DNA of 64,000 nt from Turneriella sp. (GCA_965279515.1 CBDIID010000003.1:3712001-3776000); one strand, 5' to 3'. Positions 9,891 to 20,135 are shown, counted from the stretch's first letter. Translations and numbers: made by a program. Notes: a model not told the origin generated them from the letters alone.

Positions 9891-10901
9891 TTAATGACCG
9901 TGTGCGATCAAATCATGCACTATACCACCCCCAGCCATTTGTCCCGATGCTATAGCCTGAGCGACCGATTGCCGCCGCAGATCGATGATGTCGCCCGCGG
10001 CAAAGACGCCCTCGACACTGGTCTTGCCCATCGCGTCGACAACCACGGCACCGACAGGTTGTAAGGTGCAGCCCAGATCGTGTGCGAAAGGTGCTTTGTG
10101 TTCGAGCGGCAACTGCGGTGTGATAAAGAGGCGTTGAAGTGGATATTCCCCGGCGTCGGTGCACCGCACTGCTTTCAGGCGACCGGCGTCCATAACCAGT
10201 TCTGAGATGGCCGTTGTGACAAGAGAAACTCCAAGCCGCGACAGTTTTTCCTGCTGGTTTTGGGTAAATTCGATGCCTTCGTTTGCAAAGAGCGTGACCT
10301 GACCGCTCAGCCGACGCAGCATCCCCAGAACTCCGGTTAAGAGATCGAAAAGTACGGCGTCGCCGCCGACGAGTGCTGCATCGGTATTACAGACGAGACC
10401 CAGTGTTTCGTCCCGATGTTCGAAGCCGTGGCAGAACGGGCAATGGAAAACGCTCGTACCCCACAGTTCAGAAAAGCCGGCCACCTGCGGCAGGCGATCG
10501 ACAATGCCATACGCCAGAACAACTTTTTGAAAAATGCCCTGGCTTCCATCGGAAAATGTCGCAAAAAATGCCGTCTCTTTTTTCATCAGGGACTGCACCT
10601 GTATGTGCATGCGCTTGACTGAGGGGTATCCCATGAGCGTACCTTCTGCCTGCTCGCGCCAAATCGACGGCGGTGTGCCGTCGATGCCTATCAGGTTGTG
10701 GATTTGCTTCGCCGGCCCATTGCGCGGCCGGCGGTCGTCGCACAGCAGGGTGTCTACACCCATACGCGCCAATGCCATAGCGCAGCTTAGACCTGCCGGA
10801 CCACCGCCGACAATCAGAACATCAGCGTTTGTCACGCATTGACCTTTCAAAGCGCGCCCTGACTTCACGGCAGAAGAGGCTTTCTTCAGAAGAGCTGACA
10901 C
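9891..10901 (-). CDS. NAD(P)/FAD-dependent thioredoxin-reductase-like oxidoreductase
   Basis: GGGPAG, HCPFCHG, GVFAAGD. Confidence 0.9.
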   Translation of the reverse strand: MSALLKKASSAVKSGRALKGQCVTNADVLIVGGGPAGLSCAMALARMGVDTLLCDDRRPRNGPAKQIHNLIGIDGTPPSIWREQAEGTLMGYPSVKRMHIQVQSLMKKETAFFATFSDGSQGIFQKVVLAYGIVDRLPQVAGFSELWGTSVFHCPFCHGFEHRDETLGLVCNTDAALVGGDAVLFDLLTGVLGMLRRLSGQVTLFANEGIEFTQNQQEKLSRLGVSLVTTAISELVMDAGRLKAVRCTDAGEYPLQRLFITPQLPLEHKAPFAHDLGCTLQPVGAVVVDAMGKTSVEGVFAAGDIIDLRRQSVAQAIASGQMAGGGIVHDLIAHGH

Positions 10902-11616
10902 GCCATTTTCCGATGCCGGTCTTCTTCGCTGGGAAATTCAGCTTTCGCCAGTGAAGATCATGCCGGTACACAGGCTCGGCATCAAGCGCCAGAAAAATTC
11001 TCGGCGTATCTTCTTTTAGAAAAGGGGGTGAACGATGTACCACGCCGTTGCCTTCGTTTCCGCGGTACATACCTCCTTTCATAATGGCGATGTCGTAGGG
11101 CCGAAGTCTTTGTATCGGGCGGCCGTCGATATAACCCGCGTTCGTGCCAGTACCGAGGCCGCTACGATGGACATCCTCATTTTTGAGCCACTCGGTTCCT
11201 TTACCGGTATACGTCACGACGAGGCGAAGCTGGTTCTTGTCGTCATGAAACAGGCGGCAGTGGTCGCTGGTAATTTGGCCGAAAATCGCGGTCAGTGAAA
11301 GCGAGCCTGTCAGCTCCATAAAATCGTGCACGGTAGTGGTGAGTTCATTCAGAATGATGCGGGCTGTGGTGCGCGATCTACAGAACTCAAGAATGAATGC
11401 CGCAAGCGGGCCCATGGTCTGGGCACGGCTAAGGGTTCCGCGAAATTCACCCTTCAGGCGCTGATTGAGGTCTTCAAATTCAGACTTTATGATGGTAGGA
11501 TAATCGCGTTGGATGAGGGCGATGTTGACCCCCGTATCGAAGATACCTTGAGCGTCCAGAACGCGGGCAGCCTTAGTGATATGGGTTTTTAGAGGATTAA
11601 CTGACCTATTTACCAT
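10822..11616 (-). CDS. DUF1826-family protein
   Basis: CRLFHDD, RLVVTYTGKGTEWL and GVVHRSP motifs. This family is typically found next to COG0523 genes. Confidence 0.8.
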   Translation of the reverse strand: MVNRSVNPLKTHITKAARVLDAQGIFDTGVNIALIQRDYPTIIKSEFEDLNQRLKGEFRGTLSRAQTMGPLAAFILEFCRSRTTARIILNELTTTVHDFMELTGSLSLTAIFGQITSDHCRLFHDDKNQLRLVVTYTGKGTEWLKNEDVHRSGLGTGTNAGYIDGRPIQRLRPYDIAIMKGGMYRGNEGNGVVHRSPPFLKEDTPRIFLALDAEPVYRHDLHWRKLNFPAKKTGIGKWRVSSSEESLFCREVRARFERSMRDKR

Positions 11617-11647
11617 ACACCATCCCGAAAAGTTTTCCAGATTTGTA

Positions 11648-11667
11648 AATGATAATATATTATCATT
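11648..11667. promoter_or_regulatory. Fur-family (Zur-like) operator between divergent genes
   Basis: Perfect palindrome AATGATAA-TATA-TTATCATT. Confidence 0.75.
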
Positions 11668-11710
11668 ATCATTTTGATTGACACCGCCGACACTTCCTTT
11701 AGGGGGATAT

Positions 11711-12139
11711 ATGAAGTACCGCCATTATATGCTCGCCACCCTAGTGGTTGCGATTCTCGGATGGGTTGAGGATTCACACGGTCACATTGATGCGCATGAC
11801 CAGGGTGAGGTTGTGACCCAGGCGATGCCCAACGGCTTTGTCCGTGGCTACAAGCCAGGTAAACTCGAATCGCAACTGCCAGGTTTTGTGAAGGTCAAGA
11901 TGTCATCGGACCACGGCGTTCAGATCGGTCCGCACTGCTTTCGGCCCCTGGAAGGTGATCTGCGGTTTTCCCTGATTCAGGGCATTCCAGAGGCGTTGGC
12001 GAAAAAAAATCCGCACGCCGAAAAGCGCTTCTATTACGAAGTCGTCGAGCGTGATGGTGACACGATACGCGTTTCGCTGGTAGATGCGCTTACCGGGGAG
12101 TTGATCGACCCTGCAACGGGTACCGGGGTATCGCCATAA
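11711..12139 (+). CDS. Hypothetical exported protein with N-terminal His cluster
   Basis: RBS GGGG, signal-like N-terminus followed by SHGHIDAH. Confidence 0.55.
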   Translation: MKYRHYMLATLVVAILGWVEDSHGHIDAHDQGEVVTQAMPNGFVRGYKPGKLESQLPGFVKVKMSSDHGVQIGPHCFRPLEGDLRFSLIQGIPEALAKKNPHAEKRFYYEVVERDGDTIRVSLVDALTGELIDPATGTGVSP

Positions 12140-12224
12140 TTTATGCATACGCGGTCGCAAAAAACAGAAATGCCATGTCTGTCCGGAGAATAGCCATGGC
12201 AGAGTTGGGCGTTTAAGTGAGTTG

Positions 12225-12818
12225 TTATTGGTCTTTGACTTGAATTTTAAAGACGATCGGGCGGCCTGCGCGCTCGATTTCAATTTTGATTTCACGTGCC
12301 TCTTTCAGCGCTACAGGCGATGCCCAGGTCGCAGGGTCGAATGGCTGACCTTGAACTCTCTTGATCTGATCGTCCAGCCGTAAGCCCAGCGGTTGCAAAA
12401 CCGTCGTAAGCCGCTCGTGCGCACTGCCGGGTTCGAACGCGGTGAGCCAACGCGTGCGTTCGATTTCGCGCAGCAGAATACGCACGTTCGGGGAAAATTC
12501 AGGGGGGATTTCTTTTGTTGCTGCAGGTTTTGGGCGGTTGGGGATTGTCCCTGGTGCCGGCAGGCTCTTCCCGGTTTCGATTTTTATCCGCCGCCCCGCT
12601 TCGCTGACCCAGATATGCTCATGCCCGATGCTTATTATGGTCGCACCTTCGATTCGGCAAGCACAGTGATCGCGGCGACACGCGAGGCTGAGCGCGCAAA
12701 AGATTTCTGTGCCCTTATTTTCGGTTTCAATCAGCGCGCGCGATTCTTCTCCCGCTTCGACTGTTCCCAAAAGTTTATGCCGCGCCTCTGGCCAAACTGC
12801 CACCCCGGCAAGTTGCAT
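12225..12818 (-). CDS. Hypothetical protein, weakly GspC/PDZ-like
   Basis: KLLGTV...ALI pattern and C-terminal LGLRLDDQIKRVQG...IEIERAGRP PDZ-like signature. Start uncertain. Confidence 0.4.
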   Translation of the reverse strand: MQLAGVAVWPEARHKLLGTVEAGEESRALIETENKGTEIFCALSLACRRDHCACRIEGATIISIGHEHIWVSEAGRRIKIETGKSLPAPGTIPNRPKPAATKEIPPEFSPNVRILLREIERTRWLTAFEPGSAHERLTTVLQPLGLRLDDQIKRVQGQPFDPATWASPVALKEAREIKIEIERAGRPIVFKIQVKDQ

Positions 12819-12848
12819 CAGGCAGAAAGTAGTCTTAAAAAAGTCGCT

Positions 12849-12868
12849 AATGATAAGCCGTTATCAAA
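12849..12868. promoter_or_regulatory. Fur-family (Zur-like) operator
   Basis: AATGATAA-GCCG-TTATCAAA just upstream of a TTGACG -35 of the 12957 gene. A second TATCATTATC-type box lies near 12898-12913. Confidence 0.6.
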
Positions 12869-12956
12869 AGTGTTGACGCGCCGTCTCTTGCTATTTAGTT
12901 ATCATTATCAATAATGTTCAGCGTCCAACGCTGATGCAAATTTACGGAGGTAAATA

Positions 12957-13697
12957 ATGATTCAAAAAATTACGATATTCGCGCTCGCAGTCATGGGTTC
13001 AACCCTATTGGCGGCACCAAAAAAGGCAGCGCCGAAAATAGCGGAAACGCCTAAAGTTGAAGCCAAAGCGCCTGCGGCCGCGGCAGCCCCTGTCGCCGCG
13101 AAAGCGGACAGTTTGGGTTTTGGCAATGCGAAATTCTCTGCCTCGCTCTGGGGTGGTTTGGGACTCATTGTTTCGAAGAGTACACACACCAAAGAATTCG
13201 AATCGTTCGGCTCCAAAATAGGTATCGAACAGAAGGCGACTACAGGAGCACCAGCCTTCGGTGCGACTGTCTGGTATGGCAACAGTGCCAATGCCGTAGG
13301 CCTTGAAGGTGGCTATTCCCAGGTGTATAAAAATACATCGAATACTTCAGGTGTGAGCTATACTTACGCGCTGAATATCATTAGCGCACAGGCTCTCTAC
13401 CGCTATGAAGTTTTCGACGGGCTCTATGCCGCGGCGGGTGCTGGTGTTGCAGTTGCTTCGATAACAGCTGAAAATACATCGTATGTTCAGGGAAGCCTGA
13501 AATCCAAGATTGCTCCGCTTTTCTCGCTGCGTATCGGCTACGATTATCCGCTGACCCAAGAAATTATCGTGGGCGCATACGTTCAAGGTTCAATGGCTCT
13601 GCTCAATATCGAAGATTCGTTCTCTTCGGGTAAGCAGACATATGCTGCGGGTAATGTCATTGTTGCGCCCATTGTGCAGCTGACTTACAAGTTCTGA
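12957..13697 (+). CDS. Outer-membrane beta-barrel protein (OmpW/OMP_b-brl-like)
   Basis: RBS GGAGG, signal peptide, Ala/Pro/Lys linker, beta-strands, C-terminal LTYKF. Confidence 0.75.
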   Translation: MIQKITIFALAVMGSTLLAAPKKAAPKIAETPKVEAKAPAAAAAPVAAKADSLGFGNAKFSASLWGGLGLIVSKSTHTKEFESFGSKIGIEQKATTGAPAFGATVWYGNSANAVGLEGGYSQVYKNTSNTSGVSYTYALNIISAQALYRYEVFDGLYAAAGAGVAVASITAENTSYVQGSLKSKIAPLFSLRIGYDYPLTQEIIVGAYVQGSMALLNIEDSFSSGKQTYAAGNVIVAPIVQLTYKF

Positions 13698-13716
13698 TCG
13701 ATTAAGGAGGATTAAA

Positions 13717-14391
13717 ATGAAAAAAATAATTTTACTCATAACAAGCCTCGGCTTTGCTGCTGTGGCCCAGAGCTGCAACCAGACTGTAAGCTCTGCTAAA
13801 AGCGGTGATCCGGCAGTTACCGATGGCGTACTACGGGAGATTAGTGCAAGTTCTTATACTGCCACCATAACTGCCGCCAACGATTTTAGTATCCATCTGG
13901 AAGGTGTGAGTGTTGCTTCAGGGCAAAACTTGGAGATTATCGCCAAAGCCTCGGCAGTTTCTGAAGTCGCCGGCTGGAAGTTTGCCTTCACTGGTGGAAC
14001 ATCGGGAAAGGTTCGGGTTTCGCGTCTTGGCTCTTCACAAGCCATGGATTCCGGTACCTATGATACCAGTGACGGTAAGACCTGGTGCATCGACGTGCAC
14101 GCGACGGAGAACCCCAACCACCATATCATCTGGAAGGGTACTTGCTCAAATTCGATAGTCGCCGGTCAGTGGGGCAATGCGCAGTTCAACAGCAATGAGC
14201 AAAACGACAGTGCTGGCAATCACGATGCACGTTCTGCCTCAAACTATGGTACAGGTATGACAGCATGTGGCGGTACAGGTACCTGCTTCACCAACACTGG
14301 CGATCCTACCGGTACAAAAGTCCTCTATAAAGCTGATAAGGGGACCGTATCGGGCGTTGTCGTGAAGGCAGCACGGACAAGCGGTCTTTGA
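13717..14391 (+). CDS. Putative surface lipoprotein
   Basis: RBS AAGGAGG, spirochete-like lipobox AQSC, Ser/Thr/Gly-rich. Confidence 0.7.
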   Translation: MKKIILLITSLGFAAVAQSCNQTVSSAKSGDPAVTDGVLREISASSYTATITAANDFSIHLEGVSVASGQNLEIIAKASAVSEVAGWKFAFTGGTSGKVRVSRLGSSQAMDSGTYDTSDGKTWCIDVHATENPNHHIIWKGTCSNSIVAGQWGNAQFNSNEQNDSAGNHDARSASNYGTGMTACGGTGTCFTNTGDPTGTKVLYKADKGTVSGVVVKAARTSGL

Positions 14392-14420
14392 CGCAGACCA
14401 GATCTTCTGAAATTGACTCT

Positions 14421-14449
14421 AAAGACCCGGCGTTTGCCGGGTTTTTTTT
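14421..14449 (+). terminator. Rho-independent terminator
   Basis: Stem-loop ACCCGGC-GTTT-GCCGGGT followed by a T-run. Confidence 0.8.
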
Positions 14450-14558
14450 CAATCTACGCCGGGCATGAACCGGTATCTTACTTTCCGGCAATATTTGACA
14501 TATTCCCGATCTTGCCTAAGGTGCGTTCTTTTCAGTGGAAGATCTTTTATTGCTCGCA

Positions 14559-14578
14559 AGTGAGAATCTGTTCTCATT
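14559..14578. promoter_or_regulatory. Fur-family (Zur-like) operator
   Basis: AGTGAGAA-TCTG-TTCTCATT upstream of the porin-znuACB-like operon. Confidence 0.6.
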
Positions 14579-14599
14579 AGTGACCAAGGCTGGTTATAC

Positions 14600-15853
14600 A
14601 TGATCTCTGTCTTCTTTAAAAAGAACCTCTACTTAGGCGCCTGTCTGATCTTGCTGTACGGCCTGGTTAATGCAGTGTTGGCCGACAACAAGGCCGAAAC
14701 TGCAGACGACGAGAAAAAAATCGAAGAAGAAATCGAGCGCGCCGAGAAAAATGTGCCGACTGCCGTGCAAATGCCGACGCAGGTGCAGGCAACATCCAAC
14801 ACTAACCAGAACTGGGGTACGCAGGGCGGGGCGATGGCGACAGACAGGGTGAATTTCCCTAACATCGCCGTCGCCATCGACGCTATGGCCGAGCATGACC
14901 TCGGTGATCAGCGCCAGTCGACGAATTCTGCCTTCATTCGCACTGCCGAATTCGGTTTTACCGGAGCCGTCGACTACTGGATGCAAGGTATGGTGCTCTT
15001 TGCGATGCACCGCGAAGCCGGCGAGTACAAGCTCGATCCGCATGAAATTTCTGCCGAGTTCACCAACCTGCCGTGGAACCTGAATCTCAAAGTTGGTCGC
15101 ATGTTTATCGACGGTGGTCGCCTCATGCGCCGCCACCAGCATGATTGGAATTTCACCACCGCACCGCTGATGCACAAGCGCTTGGTGGATCCGGTGATTG
15201 GAGAGGGGTTACTCGATACGGGCGGCGAGCTCTCGTGGCTTGCCCCCTGGAATTTTTTTCAGGAAATTAAGTTTGGCGTTTTTAACGGTCGCACGTTCGG
15301 GCACTCGCATAACGACGGGCCGGATAAGCCGCTGCCCTTGCTCTTGGGCCGCTTCAAGCAATTTTTACCGACAAGCGGTTATGGCGGTATTCTTTTGGGC
15401 CTGACCTATATGCACTATTCGCCGACGCAAGACCGCGGCGACTCTGACCAGACTTTTGGCACCGATATCACCTACCGTTTTCAGAAGAACCGGATCAGCT
15501 CCGTTGAAATTGGTCTCGAAGCGCAATACCGCAAAGAGACGCGCGTCGTGGCTCGCCCCGAAGATAAACTCGGCGCCTATGCATTCATCGCTTATAATTT
15601 TATGAACTTTTGGACGGTGGGCCTCCGCGTCGATCTTTTCACCCGCTATTCGGTCATTTCGAATCGCACGGGCCTGGCTTATGATCCGCAGGATTCCGCT
15701 GGTTCTCTGTGGATCGCTTACCGCCCGTCAGAGTTTTCAACCATTCGTTTGACCGGCGAATACCTGCAAATCGACGGGCAAAACGATCCGTACCTGACAG
15801 CCTACCTGCAAATGGTTTACGTTTTGGGCTTTCATCCGCCGCACACTTTTTAG
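14600..15853 (+). CDS. Outer-membrane porin-like protein associated with Zn ABC uptake
   Basis: Signal peptide, HQHDWNF and GHSH motifs, C-terminal LGFHPPHTF, first gene of the metal ABC operon. Confidence 0.7.
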   Translation: MISVFFKKNLYLGACLILLYGLVNAVLADNKAETADDEKKIEEEIERAEKNVPTAVQMPTQVQATSNTNQNWGTQGGAMATDRVNFPNIAVAIDAMAEHDLGDQRQSTNSAFIRTAEFGFTGAVDYWMQGMVLFAMHREAGEYKLDPHEISAEFTNLPWNLNLKVGRMFIDGGRLMRRHQHDWNFTTAPLMHKRLVDPVIGEGLLDTGGELSWLAPWNFFQEIKFGVFNGRTFGHSHNDGPDKPLPLLLGRFKQFLPTSGYGGILLGLTYMHYSPTQDRGDSDQTFGTDITYRFQKNRISSVEIGLEAQYRKETRVVARPEDKLGAYAFIAYNFMNFWTVGLRVDLFTRYSVISNRTGLAYDPQDSAGSLWIAYRPSEFSTIRLTGEYLQIDGQNDPYLTAYLQMVYVLGFHPPHTF

Positions 15854-15863
15854 ATGGGGGAAT

Positions 15864-16826
15864 ATGTACAGAAGTTGTTTTAAACGCAGTCGCGATCAAA
15901 GCCAGAGAGGGATTCTCCGTGTAACTACACCTTCTCTGCGGTTCGTGTTTCTTTTTGCGCTCTGCTCGTTTTTTTTTCCTGCGAATGCGCTGCGCATTGT
16001 GACAACGACGACCGACCTCGCCAGCATCGCGAAAGAAGTCGGGGGTAGCCGCGTTGAAGCCGAAAGTCTGACCGAAGGCAATATCGACCTGCATTTTGTT
16101 TCGGCGAGGCCCGACTTCATCATGAAAATGAACCGGGCAGATGTTTTCGTGGAAATCGGCCTCGATCTCGAAGCCAGCTGGACGCCGGTGCTACTGAATC
16201 AAGCACGTAACCCAAAGATACAGCGCGGGCAACAGGGCTATTGTTTCGCCTTTAAGGGTATCCGGCTGCTGCAGGTTCCCACGGGCATTGTCGACCGTTC
16301 GATGGGTGACATTCATGTTTTTGGTAATCCGCATTATTGGATAGACCCTTTAAACGGCATACAGATCGCGAAGAACATTCTGAATACACTTACCCTTATC
16401 GACTATGAGCACGAGAAAGAATACCGGGCGAACTATGAAGCGTTCGTCGCGAAGGTCAAAAAACTCACACTCGATCTCATGCGGGTCATGAAACCGCACA
16501 AAGGTAAGAAGCTGGTGGTCTACCACCAGGAGTTCAATTACCTCGCCGATCGGTTTGGTCTCGAAATAGCCGGTTCAGTCGAGCAACGGCTCGGAATTGC
16601 TCCCGGACCCGCGTGGATCAATAAGACTGTTGCTCTGATAAAAGAGCAGAAAATCGGCGTCGTGCTTGTGTCCCCGTGGTCGAATGTCGGTATTGCGCGC
16701 CGTGTCGCCGAGGACAGCGGCGCAAAGCTCCTGATCTTGCCGGTGCAGACGGGGTCGGGAGAAAACACCGAAACCTGGCTCAAAATGATTGAGACGGCGA
16801 CGCGAACTTTGGCAGCGTCGCTTTAA
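15864..16826 (+). CDS. znuA: Zn/Mn ABC transporter substrate-binding protein (ZnuA/TroA family)
   Basis: DLHF, GNPHYWIDP, YHQEFNY. Start uncertain. Confidence 0.85.
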   Translation: MYRSCFKRSRDQSQRGILRVTTPSLRFVFLFALCSFFFPANALRIVTTTTDLASIAKEVGGSRVEAESLTEGNIDLHFVSARPDFIMKMNRADVFVEIGLDLEASWTPVLLNQARNPKIQRGQQGYCFAFKGIRLLQVPTGIVDRSMGDIHVFGNPHYWIDPLNGIQIAKNILNTLTLIDYEHEKEYRANYEAFVAKVKKLTLDLMRVMKPHKGKKLVVYHQEFNYLADRFGLEIAGSVEQRLGIAPGPAWINKTVALIKEQKIGVVLVSPWSNVGIARRVAEDSGAKLLILPVQTGSGENTETWLKMIETATRTLAASL

Positions 16827-17488
16827 TGATTCAATTACGGAACGCGGCCATTGGTTATGGTCGTCGTCCGCTGATTTCCTGTATTGATCTGAAAGTTACG
16901 CCGGGCGATATCATTTTCCTTTCTGGACCGAACGGGTCGGGAAAAAGCACGCTGGCAAAATCTTTTCTGGGCGTTCTGCCCCTGGTTTCGGGTGACCGTA
17001 TCAATACCTTTCATCGCCTGGCTTATGTGCCACAGAGTTCGCACTTTGATGTGCAGTACCCCGTTACCGTCAGTGGTCTTATCCGTCAGGGGCTTAGGGA
17101 CCGCTACCGTGTCGCGGCCTGGCTGCGCACTAACCGCAGGCATGAGGAGGAACAGGTAAGTGAAATTTTATCTGTTGTAAACCTGACCTCGGCGGCCGGT
17201 TCCCTGTTGCGCGAAATTTCCGGAGGTCAATTACAACGCGCCCTGATCGGCCGTGCCCTTGTCGGTAAACCCGATTTTCTGCTGCTCGATGAACCGTTTT
17301 CCAATCTCGACCGTTCAGGCCGCGGTGAAATAGCACTTATCCTGAGAAAATATGCCTCCCCTGCTTGCGCTTTATGTGTGATCGACCATGGCGATGCTAT
17401 CGAGCGCAGTTTTTACACCCGTTTTCTCGAGATTGATGCAGGGCACCTGCAGGAAAGGAACACCGTCTTTTCCGACGGGAATCAATAA
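16826..17488 (+). CDS. znuC: Metal ABC transporter ATP-binding protein
   Basis: GPNGSGKS, ISGGQLQR, LLLDEP. Confidence 0.85.
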   Translation: MIQLRNAAIGYGRRPLISCIDLKVTPGDIIFLSGPNGSGKSTLAKSFLGVLPLVSGDRINTFHRLAYVPQSSHFDVQYPVTVSGLIRQGLRDRYRVAAWLRTNRRHEEEQVSEILSVVNLTSAAGSLLREISGGQLQRALIGRALVGKPDFLLLDEPFSNLDRSGRGEIALILRKYASPACALCVIDHGDAIERSFYTRFLEIDAGHLQERNTVFSDGNQ

Positions 17489-17489
17489 T

Positions 17490-18407
17490 ATGGAAAAGAT
17501 CTTCTCTTACTTTCAGCAGTACCAGACTGCGGTTCTGCTCAGTCTGGCATATTTTATGGCTGCGGGATACATTGGCCTTTCCCTGATATTGCGGCGGGCG
17601 AGTCTATTCGGCTTGGTACTTTCGCAGGTTGCGCAGGTTAGCTTTCTATTGGGACTGGCTCTTGCAGCACAAATCCAGGGACATGAGCACGTTTATGCCA
17701 TGATCAACCGTTCCGGCGCCTCGGGCGGCGACTGGCATTTTCTTGAAATTGATATGTTTGTGGTTCCCATAACGTTATTGCTGCTGGTACCGTTCGTTTA
17801 TTTTGCCATCCGCGGCTCCCGAAACAAGGAAACATTGCTTGTTCTGGGCTTGTTGCTTGCGCTGGCGGCTTACCCCTTGATCAACAAGGTTTTTGGCGGT
17901 ACCGATGTTGTTCTTGCTAAAGCATATTTTACAGAGATATTATACACGCCTTCGGCGATGTTCATACATTATTTACCGGCGATCGCTTTGCTTGTGAGTA
18001 TCCTGGTGTTGTATCAGAGAAAATTCATGCTTTCCGGTTTTGATCCTGTACAGGCAAGACTGAATGGCATTAACACAGCCTTCAGCGATGCACTTTTTTA
18101 TTTCCTGTCCGGCATAATTCTTTCTTTTGTGGTCCGCGTCGTGGGCGCGTATGTGGCAATGGCGGTTTTGATTGTACCCGGGTTTGTTTCACTTTCGGTA
18201 ATGCGCACGATGCGCGGCGTCCTGTTTTTGTCGATTTTACTTGCGTTGCTTTTGCCCGCAATGGGATTCGTGTTTGCATTTCGGTTCGACAGTATTTCCA
18301 CAGAGCCCTTTCTCACAGTTTTTGTAATTTGTGCCGGTGGCGCAATTCTTCTATTGAGGCTTTCGATTCTGACTTTTCGGCCAAGACGAAACGGCATAAA
18401 AACATGA
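17490..18407 (+). CDS. znuB: Metal ABC transporter permease
   Basis: Multi-TM protein with FDPVQARLNGI motif of the ABC-3 family. Confidence 0.8.
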   Translation: MEKIFSYFQQYQTAVLLSLAYFMAAGYIGLSLILRRASLFGLVLSQVAQVSFLLGLALAAQIQGHEHVYAMINRSGASGGDWHFLEIDMFVVPITLLLLVPFVYFAIRGSRNKETLLVLGLLLALAAYPLINKVFGGTDVVLAKAYFTEILYTPSAMFIHYLPAIALLVSILVLYQRKFMLSGFDPVQARLNGINTAFSDALFYFLSGIILSFVVRVVGAYVAMAVLIVPGFVSLSVMRTMRGVLFLSILLALLLPAMGFVFAFRFDSISTEPFLTVFVICAGGAILLLRLSILTFRPRRNGIKT

Positions 18408-18985
18408 ACCCCAAGGTCGATTTTTACTTCCGCAAGGCCAAAAAATGGCAGAAAGAGATAGCGCAGCTACGCACAATCGCTCTCGCCTGTAAGCTCAGCG
18501 AAGAATTAAAATGGGGATGTCCCAGTTACACCTTTGAAGGCAATAACATCGTACTGATCCATGTGTTTAAAGATTACTGCGCATTTTTATTTTTCAAAGG
18601 TGCGCTCTTAAAAGACAGCAAAGGTATCTTGGTTCAGCAAACGAAAAATGTGCAGGCGGCGCGCCAGATCCGCTTTACGAATCTTAAGGAAATAGTTAAG
18701 CTGAAAGCCACTTTGAAAACTTATATTCTCGAAGCGATTCAAGTCGAAAAGGCCGGCCTGAAAGTGAAATTCAAAAAAACTACGGAATTCAAAACCCCCG
18801 AGGAGTTCCAAAAAAAGTTGGATCATCACCCTGCGCTAAAAACTGCTTTTGCCGCCCTGACGCCCGGCCGGCAGCGCGGGTACCTGCTTTATTTTTCCGC
18901 GGCGAAACAATCGGCAACGCGTGAGTCCAGGGTCGAAAAAAATATTGATCGTATTCTCGATGGCCTGGGTTTAGATGATAAATAG
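18404..18985 (+). CDS. YdeI/OmpD-associated (DUF1801) family protein
   Basis: EELKWGCPSY...FFKGALLKD...ALTPGRQRGY. Confidence 0.9.
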   Translation: MNPKVDFYFRKAKKWQKEIAQLRTIALACKLSEELKWGCPSYTFEGNNIVLIHVFKDYCAFLFFKGALLKDSKGILVQQTKNVQAARQIRFTNLKEIVKLKATLKTYILEAIQVEKAGLKVKFKKTTEFKTPEEFQKKLDHHPALKTAFAALTPGRQRGYLLYFSAAKQSATRESRVEKNIDRILDGLGLDDK

Positions 18986-19487
18986 CGGCTACAGCAATTT
19001 GCTGAGAAAAATTCCGGGTATACTAATTTTTCTCGGGGCATTTTTTTGCCTGCACGGCGACAAAGAAAAAACCGAAAAACTCCTGGTCGGCATCTGGCAG
19101 GATTCCCCCGTCATGGCCTCGGGCTGGGGCGAGGCATACCAGTTTTTCCCCGATGGAAAATTTATCCTCAACCACAACCAGATGGATTGCGGGAAGCGCG
19201 AGCTGAGCCTTTTGGGTACGTGGAGCATAGAGAAAGCTTATCTCATACTGAAGGTGAGCAGCCGAAAGGTCGTTAAAGGCGGTAAAAAAGTTAAGTCATC
19301 CGGCTCCTGTGCCTCTGAGTACGATATCGAAGGCGGCCAGACCGTCACAGAAAATCTTCCGGCGCCGAAGAAGATCCGCCTTAAAATCAGCAACACAAAA
19401 GCGGATGCGGAATTTCCATTGCCGGTCATCGGGTTTGACAAACAAAAATACTGGAAACTCCGCGAAGATCCCAAAGATTATCAGTAA
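18975..19487 (+). CDS. Hypothetical exported protein
   Basis: 170-aa ORF with signal-like N-terminus and LVGIW motif. Confidence 0.6.
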   Translation: MINSGYSNLLRKIPGILIFLGAFFCLHGDKEKTEKLLVGIWQDSPVMASGWGEAYQFFPDGKFILNHNQMDCGKRELSLLGTWSIEKAYLILKVSSRKVVKGGKKVKSSGSCASEYDIEGGQTVTENLPAPKKIRLKISNTKADAEFPLPVIGFDKQKYWKLREDPKDYQ

Positions 19488-19502
19488 GGTGTGCGAGGTT
19501 AT

Positions 19503-20123
19503 ATGATCGAGCTATTTGAATCCGCGATTTCCGGAAACAGCCACAAGGTCCGGATGATGCTGTCGTTCCTGAATTTGAAATACGAGAGCCGAATTGTCAA
19601 TATGAAGGAACGGGGGCATAAAACGGAAGAGTTTCTGGAAAAGAATCCGTTTGGTCAGGTACCGGTGCTGAAAGATGGCGACGTGGTTATCCGCGATAGC
19701 CAGGCAATTTTAGTTTATCTTGCGCGCGCCTATGGCGACGACCATTGGTTTCCCATGGATGCAGCAAAGGCAGCCGAGGTGACTGCATGGTTATCGACAG
19801 CCGCCAATGAAGTCGCCCGTGGGCCCAGCGCCCTGAGAGCGCATTTCGTCATCGGCAAGGCGATTAACGTCGAAGAGGCTCAGGCAATTACCGACAATCT
19901 TCTGCCGGTACTCGAAAAACGCCTGCGCGATAACCTGTGGCTTGCAACAGCATCGGTTACAGTGGCGGATATCGCCGTCTATCCCTATATTGCGCTGGCG
20001 CATCAGGGCAAAGTTGATTTAGGCGGATTTCCCCGTGTCAGGGCATGGCTGCACCGGATCGAAAGTTTACCCGGTTACGTTGGCATGGCAGGTATTCCAT
20101 TGCAGGCGCCAGGCAACACCTGA
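19503..20123 (+). CDS. Glutathione S-transferase family protein
   Basis: SGNSHKV, NPFGQVPVL, DSQAILVYLA, TVADIA. Confidence 0.92.
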   Translation: MIELFESAISGNSHKVRMMLSFLNLKYESRIVNMKERGHKTEEFLEKNPFGQVPVLKDGDVVIRDSQAILVYLARAYGDDHWFPMDAAKAAEVTAWLSTAANEVARGPSALRAHFVIGKAINVEEAQAITDNLLPVLEKRLRDNLWLATASVTVADIAVYPYIALAHQGKVDLGGFPRVRAWLHRIESLPGYVGMAGIPLQAPGNT

Positions 20124-20135
20124 GCCGGCCTACGA

